DNA of 64,000 nt from Acidobacteriota bacterium (lineage in GTDB: Bacteria > Acidobacteriota > Blastocatellia > Pyrinomonadales > Pyrinomonadaceae). Positions 8,948-20,343 of this stretch are shown here, piece after piece (within the stretch, counting starts at the first letter, position 1; the number at the start of each line of letters is the position of its first letter). Below the pieces are notes generated by a model, which was not told the origin of the DNA, ran no database searches, and worked only from the letters and a program-made list of their open reading frames with translations. The position numbers and the translations under genes are program-made. The stretch spans positions 285 through 64,284 of the forward strand of contig JBKPPH010000055.1 in the NCBI GenBank assembly GCA_046733535.1. The letters are read 5' to 3'.

Positions 8948-10027
8948 TCATACTTTGATAAAGATGCGCTTCCGGTAAAGTAACCACATTAAAAACAACC
9001 ACAGCAGGATAAACGCAATCGCATAAAACAGCGACGCATTGATCGGCGAGGCCCACGAGAGAAACAGCGTGCGAAAGATCCAACCCTGCACGTGCAGCAG
9101 TCCCATCAGCTTCACCATCAACCCTGTTCCGACAAACAGCGCGAGGGCGTTCACACCAAACACTTCAAACGGCCAGGCCCAACGGCGGTAGCCTTTGATG
9201 TCAATGAGCCAGTAACACAGCGCGAGCAGTTGCAACGCCAGCCCCGCCGTGAAGAGCACGTAAGAACTCGTCCACAGCGACTTATTGATCGGGAAGAACG
9301 GATTCCACACCCAGCCGAGTACGACACAAACAGCACCGGCAACGAACATCCCCACGACTTTCTCCATTCGCGTTCGTTCCGTGCGCAACCAGTGTCCGGT
9401 CAAGACGCCGAAGAGTGTCGTCGCCACCGCTGGAATCGTGCTGAGCAGACCTTCGGGATCGTAAACCTTGCCTTGTTTCCAGATGTGTGGTCCAAGGAGC
9501 ACTCGATCTATAAACGACGCGATACTTCCCTCCTTGCTCAGATCTCCCGCCGCAAATCCCGGAGCTGCGAGGCGAGTCATAACGAGGCAATAAACAATCA
9601 GCAGCGCCAAAGCGATCAGCAGTTGGGTCCTGATTCTCGTCGTGAGGAAGATCAGCGACGCGACGAGATAACAGATCGCGATGCGCTGTAGCACTCCGGG
9701 AATACGAATCGTGCCGAGTTGAAAATACGGAAAGCCGTTCAGAAACAGACCGAGACCAAAGATGATCGCCGTGCGCTTGATGACCTTGAGGTAGAGGTCG
9801 CGTTTGACGCCGCCTTCTTCGACGCGACGGCCGAACGCAAGCGTGATCGACACACCGACAATGAACAAGAAGAACGGAAAGACGAGATCGGTGGGCGTCC
9901 AGCCATGCCACTCTGCATGTTCCAGTGGCCAATAGATGCTGGACCAAGTGCCGGGATTGTTTACGAGCACCATTCCGGCGATCGTGAGCCCGCGAAAAAC
10001 GTCGAGCGACACCAGTCTGGACGACAT
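8948..10027 (-). CDS. Heparan-alpha-glucosaminide N-acetyltransferase-like acyltransferase (DUF5009/DUF1624), polytopic membrane protein
   Basis: [55 protein letters not shown] is the characteristic N-terminus. About 10 TM segments. The start is taken at MSSRL (ATG 10027). Confidence 0.7.
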   Translation of the reverse strand: MSSRLVSLDVFRGLTIAGMVLVNNPGTWSSIYWPLEHAEWHGWTPTDLVFPFFLFIVGVSITLAFGRRVEEGGVKRDLYLKVIKRTAIIFGLGLFLNGFPYFQLGTIRIPGVLQRIAICYLVASLIFLTTRIRTQLLIALALLIVYCLVMTRLAAPGFAAGDLSKEGSIASFIDRVLLGPHIWKQGKVYDPEGLLSTIPAVATTLFGVLTGHWLRTERTRMEKVVGMFVAGAVCVVLGWVWNPFFPINKSLWTSSYVLFTAGLALQLLALCYWLIDIKGYRRWAWPFEVFGVNALALFVGTGLMVKLMGLLHVQGWIFRTLFLSWASPINASLFYAIAFILLWLFLMWLLYRKRIFIKV

Positions 10028-10031
10028 AGGC

Positions 10032-10078
10032 CCACAGATTACCACGGATCAATCCGTCTTCATCCGCGTTTATCCGCG
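10032..10078. repeat. Family 1 palindromic element (imperfect) in a divergent intergenic region
   Basis: CCACAGAT-TAC-CACGGAT CA ATCCGTC-TTC-ATCCGCG-TTT-ATCCGCG. Confidence 0.7.
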
Positions 10079-10109
10079 TTCAGGATCGTGTTAAAGTATC
10101 CGCCCGTAC

Positions 10110-11138
10110 ATGTCATTAATGCTTGCGGAGATCGCCGAGCAACCGGCCGCCCTCGAACGCACGATCGCGGAAGAGCGCGTCAAGATCGCGAAACTCGGAA
10201 ACCTGCTGAAGGCTCGCGACATTCATCTCATCGTTCTCGTCGCTCGCGGTAGCTCCGACAACGCGGCCCTGTTTGGTCGTTATTTACTCGAAATCACAAC
10301 CGGCATCCCTGTTTCACTTTCTGCGCCCTCGGTCCATACGATCTACAACGCGCGTCTCAAGTTGGGCCACGCGTTAGTTGTCGGCGTTTCGCAATCAGGC
10401 GAAGGTGAAGACATCAATCGCGTTCTCGAAAGCGCTCGCCGTTCGGGCGCCTACACGATCGGCATCACGAATGAACCAAACTCGTCGATGACCGGGTTGG
10501 TAGATGAAACATTACAGACGCACGGTGGACGCGAGCGCTCCGTAGCCGCGACGAAAACTTTCACCGGCCAGATGCTCCTCTTTCATATGCTCGCCGCCGA
10601 GTTGGCCCAGACTCCTGCGCCGTACGAAGCGATTCCACAACTCGTCGCGGGCGCGCTCGAGCAAAAGCCCGCGATACTCGAGTTGGTCCAACGTTACGTG
10701 TTCATGGAAAACTGCGTCGTCGTCGGACGCGGCCTGGCCTACGCCAATGCTTACGAGCTCGCATTGAAACTGATGGAGACTTGTTATGTCGTCGCGGAGC
10801 GTTTCTCGTCAGCGGATTTTTTGCATGGACCACTGGCGATGGTCGAGCGCCACTTCCCGGTCATTCTTTTTGCCCCACCGGGTGTGATGTTGCCCGGCGT
10901 GAAGAGCCTGATCGAACGTCTCCGCGAGTTGCACGCCGACACTCTTGCGATCACGAGTGACATTGACGCGGCGAGTATGTGCACACGCTCGATCGTGATG
11001 TCTCGTGAGATTGATGAGTTTCTCGCGCCGATACCGTACATAGTTCCCGGTCAACTCTTCGCGGCGCTGCTGGCGGAGGCGAAGGGACTCGATCCGGATT
11101 CGCCGCGATCGTTGTCAAAAGTGACGCGGACGCTTTGA
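10110..11138 (+). CDS. SIS-domain sugar-phosphate isomerase/deaminase (GlmS C-terminal-like; AgaS/NagB-II type)
   Basis: AEIAEQPAAL..LVARGSSDNAALFGRYLLE..GVSQSGEGEDI..; two SIS repeats and no glutaminase domain. Confidence 0.75.
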   Translation: MSLMLAEIAEQPAALERTIAEERVKIAKLGNLLKARDIHLIVLVARGSSDNAALFGRYLLEITTGIPVSLSAPSVHTIYNARLKLGHALVVGVSQSGEGEDINRVLESARRSGAYTIGITNEPNSSMTGLVDETLQTHGGRERSVAATKTFTGQMLLFHMLAAELAQTPAPYEAIPQLVAGALEQKPAILELVQRYVFMENCVVVGRGLAYANAYELALKLMETCYVVAERFSSADFLHGPLAMVERHFPVILFAPPGVMLPGVKSLIERLRELHADTLAITSDIDAASMCTRSIVMSREIDEFLAPIPYIVPGQLFAALLAEAKGLDPDSPRSLSKVTRTL

Positions 11139-11148
11139 GCCACAAAAG

Positions 11149-11406
11149 ATGAAAATCGAGTTGAGAGATCGTTCCCACAATCCCGTGTACGCGCAGGTCC
11201 GCCAGCAGATCGAGAACGAGATCAAAGCGAAGACTGTTGCTCCAGGCGAATCGCTCCCCTCGCCCGCCGCGCTCGCGCAAAAACTCTCCGTCGACAAAGG
11301 CGAAATCCAGCGCGCCTACTACGAACTCGAACAACTCGGCCTCATCACGAAGCAGACCGGCAAAGACTTCCTCGGCAAGCCGCGAATCGATTACCGCGTC
11401 CGCTGA
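11149..11406 (+). CDS. Short GntR-family winged-helix regulator
   Basis: PVYAQVRQQIENEI..PGESLPSPAALAQKLSVDKGEIQRAYYELEQLGLI is a GntR-type HTH; the protein is 85 aa. Confidence 0.7.
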   Translation: MKIELRDRSHNPVYAQVRQQIENEIKAKTVAPGESLPSPAALAQKLSVDKGEIQRAYYELEQLGLITKQTGKDFLGKPRIDYRVR

Positions 11407-11463
11407 CACCTATTTTTTAAATCCTCACATCGCGTGCTATTCTTCATCGACGCTTTTTAACGA

Positions 11464-11548
<85 letters not shown>

Positions 11549-11564
11549 ACAGAATTGAATCAAA

Positions 11565-12893
11565 ATGAAAACCGAACTAATTGACGTCTCTCCAACTCGC
11601 AAAGAGATCAACATCGAGATCGAACCGGAACAAGTGCGCAGCGCTTACGATCGGGTGAGCCAGAATTACAGCAGAGCCGCGACTGTTCCCGGCTTTCGTC
11701 CCGGACATGCACCAACATCCGTAGTCCGCGCTCGATATAAAAGCGAGATCCAAACTGAAGTGCTGCGTGAGTTACTTCCCGAAGCCGTTCAGAATGCCGT
11801 TGCCGAACACAAATTGGCCGCTCTCGCCGAACCGCAGGTGCACTTTGACGACCAGGAGGGTCTCAAGGATTTCGGTCAACAGCCGCTGAAGGTCAGGGTC
11901 GAGGTCGAAGTCCTGCCCGAGATAACTCTGGACACTTATAAAGGACTGGAAGCCGAACGACGCACGCGGCCGGTAACAGACGCAGATATCGACCAGATGA
12001 TCGACAGCTTGCGCGACGCATCCGCCTCGCTCCAACCAGTCGAAGATCGCGCCTCCGTATTGGGCGACACCGTCACCATAAATGCACGCGGAAGAATGGT
12101 GGACGACGAACCGGAAGCGGAAGATATCAAAGTCGATGATGTTGAAGTAATTCTGGGCGGACCCGGCGTGATGCAGGAGTTCACGGAGAACCTGACCGGC
12201 GTCAAACCTGACGACACCCGCACGTTCACAGTCGATTATCCGCAAGACTACAACTCGGCCGGGTTGGCAGGAAAGAGCGTCGAGTATGTTGCTGAGGTAA
12301 CGGCCGTTAGACAGAAGGAACTGCCCGAGCTCGACGACGAATGGGCGAAAAGTCTCGGCGGAGACTTCGATTCCGTTGAGACACTCCGGGCAAAGGTGCG
12401 CGAAGATCTCGAGTCGAGATCGAAAGCCGAGTCTGATCGCGAGCTTCGCGACGACGTCCTGCGCAAATTGCTCGACGTGCACAAATTCGAAGTGCCGCAG
12501 AGCTTAGTAGATGAACAAACAAATTATCGGCTGGAAGGTGTAGCGCGCCAGATGATGGGGCGCGGCATCGATCCACGCCGCCCGGAGCTCAACTGGGAAG
12601 CGGCGCGCGAAGATGTGAAGGTGCAGGCCGAGGCAGATGTACGGGCAACAATGTTGCTTGAAAAGATTGCCGAAGCCGAGAATATCACCGTCTCGGATGA
12701 AGAAGTAGAAGCAGAAATTCAATCGATCGCAACTGCGTCACAACAACCGATAGAGCAAGTGCGTGCTGCCTTGACAAAGAATGGAGGCGAACGTAGCATC
12801 GCGCACAGATTGCGCAATCGTAAAGCGCTTGATCTTTTGATCGAAAACGCGCACGTAACGAACGCAGAGTGGGTCGAACCAAAGGAAGGTTAG
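11565..12893 (+). CDS. tig: Trigger factor
   Basis: 442 aa. The N-terminus reads ..[27 protein letters not shown]. Sits in the conserved tig-clpP-clpX-lon order. Confidence 0.93.
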   Translation: MKTELIDVSPTRKEINIEIEPEQVRSAYDRVSQNYSRAATVPGFRPGHAPTSVVRARYKSEIQTEVLRELLPEAVQNAVAEHKLAALAEPQVHFDDQEGLKDFGQQPLKVRVEVEVLPEITLDTYKGLEAERRTRPVTDADIDQMIDSLRDASASLQPVEDRASVLGDTVTINARGRMVDDEPEAEDIKVDDVEVILGGPGVMQEFTENLTGVKPDDTRTFTVDYPQDYNSAGLAGKSVEYVAEVTAVRQKELPELDDEWAKSLGGDFDSVETLRAKVREDLESRSKAESDRELRDDVLRKLLDVHKFEVPQSLVDEQTNYRLEGVARQMMGRGIDPRRPELNWEAAREDVKVQAEADVRATMLLEKIAEAENITVSDEEVEAEIQSIATASQQPIEQVRAALTKNGGERSIAHRLRNRKALDLLIENAHVTNAEWVEPKEG

Positions 12894-12898
12894 ATTCT

Positions 12899-13483
12899 AT
12901 GGCTCTAGTCCCAATGGTCGTCGAACAAACGTCGCGAGGCGAGCGCGCCTTCGACATTTACTCACGACTACTGAAAGACAATATTATTTTCCTGGGTACC
13001 CCGATCGACGATCAGATAGCCAACCTTATCGTAGCCCAACTTCTATTTCTCGAAGCGGAAGATCCTGAAAAGGACATCAACCTCTATATCAATTCACCTG
13101 GTGGTTCGATCACCGCGGGAATGGCGATCTACGACACGATGCAATTCATTCGCCCGGACGTCACGACTATCTGCGTCGGACAATGCGCATCGATGGGAGC
13201 GCTGCTGCTGGCGGCCGGCGCAAAAGGAAAACGTTTCGCTCTTCCCAATTCGCGTATCCTCATTCACCAACCCTCAGGCGGATCGCAAGGTCAGGCAACA
13301 GACATCCGTATTCAAGCAGAAGAGATCCTGCGAATGCGCGAGCTCACCTCGCAAATCATCGCGAAGCACACAGGGCAGTCTTACGACACTGTCGAACGCG
13401 ATGTCGAGCGAGATAAAATTATGTCTGCCATGCAGGCCAAGGAATATGGTTTAATAGACGAGGTCATCGCGCACCGAGAGTAA
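12899..13483 (+). CDS. clpP: ATP-dependent Clp protease proteolytic subunit
   Basis: [48 protein letters not shown]. The start is taken at ATG 12899. Confidence 0.95.
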   Translation: MALVPMVVEQTSRGERAFDIYSRLLKDNIIFLGTPIDDQIANLIVAQLLFLEAEDPEKDINLYINSPGGSITAGMAIYDTMQFIRPDVTTICVGQCASMGALLLAAGAKGKRFALPNSRILIHQPSGGSQGQATDIRIQAEEILRMRELTSQIIAKHTGQSYDTVERDVERDKIMSAMQAKEYGLIDEVIAHRE

Positions 13484-13521
13484 ACAGCGCATTTCCCCCA
13501 AAGGAGCTTCATCCCTAGAAT

Positions 13522-14766
13522 ATGGTTAGACGAACCGATGATACTCTGCGCTGCTCGTTCTGCGGCAAGTCACAGAACGAAGTCAAGAAGCTCATTGCCG
13601 GTCCCACTGTTTACATTTGCAACGAATGCATCGACATCTGCAACGAGATCATCACCGACGATCAGCAGGCAGAGTCAGTAGCCACTCGCCCACCACTGCC
13701 GAAGCCCGGCGAGATTAAGAACTTTTTAGACGAATACGTGATCGGCCAGGAGGAAACCAAGAAGCGCCTGGCCGTCGCCGTCTACCAGCACTACAAACGC
13801 ATCGAGCTCGGTCGTCGTCGTTCCGACGTCGAGATTCAGAAAGCCAACATTCTTCTGATCGGACCCACCGGCACCGGCAAAACCTTGCTGGCACAAACGC
13901 TCGCGCGCATGTTGAGTGTGCCGTTCACCATCGTCGACGCCACCACGTTGACGGAAGCCGGCTACGTCGGTGAAGACGTTGAGAACATCATTCTCAAACT
14001 GCTGCAAGCCGCGAACGGCGATGTCGAACGCGCGCAACAAGGCATCATCTATATCGACGAAGTCGACAAGATTTGTCGCAAGGATGAGAACCCGTCGATC
14101 ACGCGCGACGTCTCCGGCGAGGGCGTGCAGCAAGCGCTGTTGAAGATCCTCGAAGGGACAGTGGCGAACGTTCCGCCGCAAGGCGGCCGCAAGCACCCGC
14201 ACCAGGAGTTCTTCCCAGTTGACACAACGAACATTCTGTTCCTGTGCGGCGGCGCATTTGTCGGACTCGAGAAGGTGATCGAACGGCGACTGCGCAACAA
14301 ATCGCTGGGTTTTCATGCGGAAGTTAAGTCTGGCATGCATCGTCACGCTGAGGCGCTGGCGGCGGTGCAGCCCGAGGATCTCATTCGTTTCGGATTGATT
14401 CCGGAGTTTGTTGGCCGATTGCCCGTGTGCGGCGTGCTCCACGAGCTCGACGAAGGCGCCCTCATCAAGATTCTTACCGAGCCTAAGAATGCACTCGTCA
14501 AGCAATACCAGAAGAAATTCGACTTCGATAATGTCAAGCTGAAGTTTACCGAGGATGCCCTCAAGGCAGTGGCGCGCCAAGCCGTCGAGCGTAAGGTCGG
14601 CGCCCGCGGCCTGATGATGATCCTCGAAGAACTCCTGCTTGACGCCATGTACACCCTTCCCTCGCAGAAACGCGTCAAAGAATTCGTAATAACCAGCGAA
14701 ATGGTTGAACGCCGCCGGGCAGTTCCGGGTGAAGGTCTCACCGGCATCGACGGCGCGGCAGCCTAA
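13522..14766 (+). CDS. clpX: ATP-dependent Clp protease ATP-binding subunit ClpX
   Basis: Zinc-ribbon [13 protein letters not shown], Walker A GPTGTGKT, and the IYIDEVDKI motif. Confidence 0.95.
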   Translation: MVRRTDDTLRCSFCGKSQNEVKKLIAGPTVYICNECIDICNEIITDDQQAESVATRPPLPKPGEIKNFLDEYVIGQEETKKRLAVAVYQHYKRIELGRRRSDVEIQKANILLIGPTGTGKTLLAQTLARMLSVPFTIVDATTLTEAGYVGEDVENIILKLLQAANGDVERAQQGIIYIDEVDKICRKDENPSITRDVSGEGVQQALLKILEGTVANVPPQGGRKHPHQEFFPVDTTNILFLCGGAFVGLEKVIERRLRNKSLGFHAEVKSGMHRHAEALAAVQPEDLIRFGLIPEFVGRLPVCGVLHELDEGALIKILTEPKNALVKQYQKKFDFDNVKLKFTEDALKAVARQAVERKVGARGLMMILEELLLDAMYTLPSQKRVKEFVITSEMVERRRAVPGEGLTGIDGAAA

Positions 14767-14788
14767 GACACCCGCCCGAACAAAGAGA

Positions 14789-14853
14789 TTTCACGCCAAG
14801 GCGCAAAGGACGCCAAGCACTTTCTCATCGCGTCTTTGCGCCTTAGCGTGAAA
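14789..14853. repeat. Long imperfect hairpin between clpX and lon
   Basis: TTTCACGCCAAGGCGCAAAGGACGC (14789-14813) pairs with GCGTCTTTGCGCCTTAGCGTGAAA (14830-14853), with one mismatch and one bulge. No U-tract follows. Confidence 0.6.
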
Positions 14854-14924
14854 AACCTTGAACCGATAGCGCCCCTGCAGGAAATGTTTTACAATTAGGC
14901 CTCTTTCTCAGGTAGAGTTTGATC

Positions 14925-17348
14925 ATGGAAGAATATTCAGACAGAACCCCCGCCGACGTAGCCTGGTACCCGATGGTGCCGATTCGCGACGTCGTGATAT
15001 TCCCTTTTACAAAGGTGGCTTTCAAAATCGGTCGCGCCGGGTCCGTCCGCGCACTCGAGCAGGCCCTGGCCACTGACCGCACGATCTTTCTTGCCACTCA
15101 GCACGACGCCACTGTTGACGAACCCGGCCCCGAGCAGATTTACGGCATCGGGACGCTCGGTCGTATTCTTCAGTCGCAGAAACAGGAGAATGGCCAGATC
15201 AAGGTCGTGGTTGAAGGTCGCGAACGCGCCACCACTGTGCGTGTCGAGAATACCGATGGAGCGTTCATGGCGCTCGTACGCCGCGCGCCCATAGTCAACG
15301 AGGAAGGCACACGTCTCGATGCGCTTATCCAGAAAGTAGGCCAGCTCGTCGAGCAGCACTTGCGACTGGCGCCCGATACGCAAACCGACGCTCTGCAAAC
15401 CGCGCTGCGCAATCAGGAACCTTCTCATCTCGCAGACGCTCTTGCATCACAACTGCGAATCTCAGTAGAAGACAAACAGGGACTGCTCGAGATCTTTTCC
15501 ACTCAAGCGCGTCTGCAACGCTTGATCGAGCTGCTGGAAACCGAGATCGAGAAACGACAACTCGATCGCACGATCCAAACGCGCGTCAAGCGACAGATGG
15601 AGAAGGCGCAGAAAGAGTACTATCTCAACGAGCAGATCAAAGCGATTCACAAAGAGCTTGGTCGCAAGGATGAGAAAGCAGAGCTCGAAGAGCTGAAGAA
15701 GAAGATCGAAGAAGCCGGCATGACCGACGAGGCCAAAGAAAAAGCGATGCAGGAACTGCACCGCCTCGAAGCGATGCCGCCGATGTCTGCTGAAGGCACA
15801 GTCTCGCGAACTTACATCGACTGGCTCATCAGCGTGCCGTGGAAACAGAAATCGAAAGAAATCAAAGATCTCGCTAAAGCTGAAGAAGTATTGAACGAAG
15901 ATCACTTCGGACTCGAGAAGATCAAGGAACGAATTCTCGAGTACCTTGCGGTCCGTCAACTCGTGAAGAACCCGAAGGGATCGATTCTCTGCTTCGTCGG
16001 TCCGCCGGGAGTCGGCAAAACGAGTCTTGGCAAATCGATCGCGCGAGCTACCGGACGTAAGTTCGTGCGCCTCTCGTTAGGCGGCGTGCGCGACGAAGCC
16101 GAGATCCGTGGTCATCGCCGTACTTACATCGGCGCACTGCCTGGACAGATCATTCAGATGATGAAGAAGGCCGGAGCAGTGAATCCGGTGTTGTTGTTGG
16201 ATGAGGTCGACAAGTTGGGCGCAGACTTCCGCGGCGACCCGAGCGCGGCGCTACTCGAAGTTCTCGATCCGGAACAGAACCACACGTTCCAGGACCACTA
16301 TCTCGACGTTGAATACGATCTCTCCAAAGTATTTTTCATCGCGACTGCTAACGTCCTGCACACCATTCCACCCGCACTGCAAGACCGTCTCGAAATACTC
16401 AGGCTGTCGGGCTATACCGAACGAGAGAAACTCGAGATCGCCAAGCGGCATCTCGTGCCCAAACAAGCCGAGGCCAACGGCCTGAAGGTGGATCAGTTCG
16501 ATTTTACCGATGAAGGCATTCTCGAAGTTATTCGTCACTACACTCGCGAGGCCGGCGTTCGCAATCTCGAACGAGAGATCGGATCGTGCTGCCGTAAGCT
16601 CGCGCGTAAGTTTGTGGCTGAACAGCCGGATGAGAACGCGATCGTGATGGTTGATGCGGAACGTGTTCGCGAGATGCTCGGCCCAATCAAGTTTCGCCAG
16701 CAGGGCATTGCGGCCAACAGTGAAGTCGGCCTCGCGACGGGCCTGGCGTGGACTGAAATCGGCGGCGAGGTGCTACAGATCGAAGCCACTCTCGTTAAAG
16801 GACGTGGCGGCGTAACTCTCACCGGAAAACTCGGCGACGTTATGCAGGAGTCGGCACAAGCCGCGTTGACTTGCATCCGTGCACGGGCAGAACGCCTCGC
16901 GATGAGTCTTGATTTCATTCGCAAGCGCGACTTGCATATTCACATTCCCGAAGGCGCGATTCCAAAAGACGGACCGTCGGCTGGTATCACGATGGCGACT
17001 GCAATGGCTTCTGCTTTAGCGCGAGTCGCCGTCAAGAAGAACGTTGCCATGACCGGCGAGATCACTTTGCGCGGCAAGGTGCTCCCGATCGGCGGTGTGA
17101 AAGAGAAGTTGCTCGCAGCGCATCGCTTTGGCATCGACACGATCATTCTGCCGAAGGACAACGAAAAGGATCTCATCGAATTGCCCGAAGAGGTGCGCGA
17201 CTCGCTGTGTATCCATCTCGTAGAGACGATCGACGAAGTGTTGTCGCTCGCACTCGAGGATTCGTGCCCGACGCAGGCAGCGGCCACCGACGAAGGTCCG
17301 CCACTGTGGACGACCGAGCAGCCTTCACAAGGAATTCAGACTAGCTAA
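14925..17348 (+). CDS. lon: ATP-dependent Lon protease
   Basis: LON N-domain, Walker [10 protein letters not shown], and the proteolytic site [15 protein letters not shown] at 14925. Confidence 0.95.
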   Translation: MEEYSDRTPADVAWYPMVPIRDVVIFPFTKVAFKIGRAGSVRALEQALATDRTIFLATQHDATVDEPGPEQIYGIGTLGRILQSQKQENGQIKVVVEGRERATTVRVENTDGAFMALVRRAPIVNEEGTRLDALIQKVGQLVEQHLRLAPDTQTDALQTALRNQEPSHLADALASQLRISVEDKQGLLEIFSTQARLQRLIELLETEIEKRQLDRTIQTRVKRQMEKAQKEYYLNEQIKAIHKELGRKDEKAELEELKKKIEEAGMTDEAKEKAMQELHRLEAMPPMSAEGTVSRTYIDWLISVPWKQKSKEIKDLAKAEEVLNEDHFGLEKIKERILEYLAVRQLVKNPKGSILCFVGPPGVGKTSLGKSIARATGRKFVRLSLGGVRDEAEIRGHRRTYIGALPGQIIQMMKKAGAVNPVLLLDEVDKLGADFRGDPSAALLEVLDPEQNHTFQDHYLDVEYDLSKVFFIATANVLHTIPPALQDRLEILRLSGYTEREKLEIAKRHLVPKQAEANGLKVDQFDFTDEGILEVIRHYTREAGVRNLEREIGSCCRKLARKFVAEQPDENAIVMVDAERVREMLGPIKFRQQGIAANSEVGLATGLAWTEIGGEVLQIEATLVKGRGGVTLTGKLGDVMQESAQAALTCIRARAERLAMSLDFIRKRDLHIHIPEGAIPKDGPSAGITMATAMASALARVAVKKNVAMTGEITLRGKVLPIGGVKEKLLAAHRFGIDTIILPKDNEKDLIELPEEVRDSLCIHLVETIDEVLSLALEDSCPTQAAATDEGPPLWTTEQPSQGIQTS

Positions 17349-17402
17349 CTACATTCCGATTTACCACCTAAGCTGTGGTTTTCCACAACAGGAGAGATTA
17401 CT

Positions 17403-17858
17403 ATGAGCAAACATCATGATGCCGATCTGATTTTGAAGCTTTACGACCTCCGGCGCGAGAAGACGATGCGTGAAGCGCGGAATTGGTTTTTTCAATTCAA
17501 CCCCCAATCCCCGAAAGATTTTCTGGATGTATTGACCAGCGATAAGAGCGGTTACTACCGCATGGTTGTTTCCTACTGGGACATGGCTTGCTCCTTCGTG
17601 ACGAACGGCGCGATCGATGAGCAGATGTTCAACGACGCTAACGGCGAGCACATCTTTGTTTACGCGAAAGTTGAACCGTTCCTCCAGCCGTTGAGAGCGG
17701 AGAGTAATAATCCCGAGTATCTTGCGCACCTGGAGAAGGTCGTGAAAGGGATGCCGAACTACGAGAGTAGGATCGCGAACGTCCGCGAACGCATTCAAAA
17801 AATCGTCGAGCTGTACCAGCAACGTGCTGCTGCCCAGGCCGCTGCCGCCGGGAACTAG
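17403..17858 (+). CDS. Conserved hypothetical protein (no domain recognised)
   Basis: 151-aa ORF with compact spacing between lon and engB. Coding-like composition; ILKLYDLRREKTMREARNWF..YRMVVSYWDM. Confidence 0.5.
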   Translation: MSKHHDADLILKLYDLRREKTMREARNWFFQFNPQSPKDFLDVLTSDKSGYYRMVVSYWDMACSFVTNGAIDEQMFNDANGEHIFVYAKVEPFLQPLRAESNNPEYLAHLEKVVKGMPNYESRIANVRERIQKIVELYQQRAAAQAAAAGN

Positions 17859-17863
17859 GTTAT

Positions 17864-17924
17864 GCCGCGGATTCGCACGGATGAACACGGATCCAATCCG
17901 CGTTCATCCGTGAAAATCAGTGGC
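17864..17924. repeat. Family 1 palindromic element (imperfect)
   Basis: GCCGCGGAT-TC-GCACGGAT-GA-ACACGGAT CCA ATCCGCGT-TC-ATCCGTGA-AA-ATCAGTGGC. Confidence 0.75.
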
Positions 17925-18500
17925 CGCTTCAATGCCGAGTTTCTCAAGAGCGCCTTCAAAGAAGAAGATTGGCCACGAGACTCAAAACCCGAGATCGCTT
18001 TCCTCGGACGTTCCAATGTCGGTAAGTCGAGCTTAATCAATTCCCTGCTCTCGGTCCGCGGCCTCGCACGCACCTCTTCAACTCCCGGCCGCACTCAATC
18101 TTTAAATTTCTTTTTAATCAATGATCAATTCAAGTTTGTCGATTTTCCGGGCTTTGGGTACGCTCGTGTACCAAGAGAAATAAAATCGAGCTGGGGAGAG
18201 ATGGCCACCAGTTATCTTGCCAAGCGCCGCCAGCTTGTGCTATCAATTCAAATCGTAGATTCGCGCCACGAACCCACAAAACAGGATTTGCAGCTTCACG
18301 AATGGCTTGAGGAAAGTGACAAGCCTCGGTTACTTGTTGCCACCAAATCCGATAAGCTTTCGAACAATGAGTTGAGGAAGAACATGGAGCACATTGCACG
18401 CGTGCTCAATGACGACAGCGTGATGGCCTACTCGGCCAAAAGCGGCCGCGGTCGCGACGAGCTTTGGCGTGCGATCAAAAGCGCAATTCAATCTGTGTAA
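17910..18500 (+). CDS. engB: Ribosome-biogenesis GTPase EngB/YihA
   Basis: PEIAFLGRSNVGKSSLIN (G1), DFPGFGY (G3), TKSDK (G4). GTG 17910 gives a canonical-length N-terminus. The track's ATG 17862 would add 16 residues encoded by the repeat. Confidence 0.85.
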   Translation: MKISGRFNAEFLKSAFKEEDWPRDSKPEIAFLGRSNVGKSSLINSLLSVRGLARTSSTPGRTQSLNFFLINDQFKFVDFPGFGYARVPREIKSSWGEMATSYLAKRRQLVLSIQIVDSRHEPTKQDLQLHEWLEESDKPRLLVATKSDKLSNNELRKNMEHIARVLNDDSVMAYSAKSGRGRDELWRAIKSAIQSV

Positions 18501-18535
18501 TCTGTGGAGAGTTTGATCCACGGATTACACAGATT
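18490..18535. repeat. Family 1 palindromic element, opposite arm order
   Basis: AATCTGTGTAATCTGTGG (18490-18507) pairs with CCACGGATTACACAGATT (18518-18535): 18-nt arms with one G-T pair. It contains the engB TAA (18498-18500). Confidence 0.8.
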
Positions 18536-18853
18536 CGTAACACTGAGCTTGTACGCTTTGGATTAAATCGGCATCCGAAATTCTCATCTGCCCCCTTTTG
18601 GTCAACCTAAACTTTTGGGCCACGCGCTTCGAGTCGGTGGCATCAAAAACATTACCGATTTGCTGCGCGCGAAAAGTTGAGTTACATTGCACGGTACCGT
18701 TTGAGGAGAATTAGTTTATTGCCCCGCGAATGAAGTGGGAGACATTGCGCGCGTCCCGCGTCCAGTCGCTTACCGCACAATCGTTCAATATCCACCGTTT
18801 TGTTAATTGATAAACCGCTGAAACTACGTAAAGAATTTTAGAGAATAACTGAC

Positions 18854-20239
<1,386 letters not shown>

Positions 20240-20240
20240 T

Positions 20241-20329
20241 TGTAGGGGTGGCCCTCCGTGGCCACCCCTCCGCGGAATCCGACCAACCGATTACTTAACA
20301 AGGGGCGGCCACGGAGGGCCGCCCCTACA
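20241..20329. repeat. Twin GC-rich hairpins in inverted orientation
   Basis: TGTAGGGGTGGCCCTCCGTGGCCACCCCT (20241-20269) and AGGGGCGGCCACGGAGGGCCGCCCCTACA (20301-20329). Each copy is itself a 9-bp hairpin. Confidence 0.8.
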
Positions 20330-20343
20330 AATGTTCACCCAAA

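Noticed and set aside
13726-14580. Long antisense ORFs inside clpX (13726-14580). Similar ones lie inside glgA (20821-21690), the M24 peptidase (46504-47271), the prolyl oligopeptidase (54151-55143), the D-aminoacylase gene (7682-8350) and the patatin gene (38298-38969).
   Set aside because: Each lies fully within a confidently identified gene on the opposite strand and has no recognisable motif. They are GC-rich shadow frames.
17862-17909. ATG 17862 as the engB start
   Set aside because: The first 16 codons would be encoded entirely by a palindromic repeat. GTG 17910 gives an N-terminal length matching characterised EngB/YsxC proteins. The ATG is kept as an alternative only.
18501-18853. 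Possible ncRNA or riboswitch in the 353-nt region upstream of rho
   Set aside because: A long leader is expected for autoregulated rho genes. I could not recognise any known riboswitch or RNA-family core by eye, so no feature is claimed.
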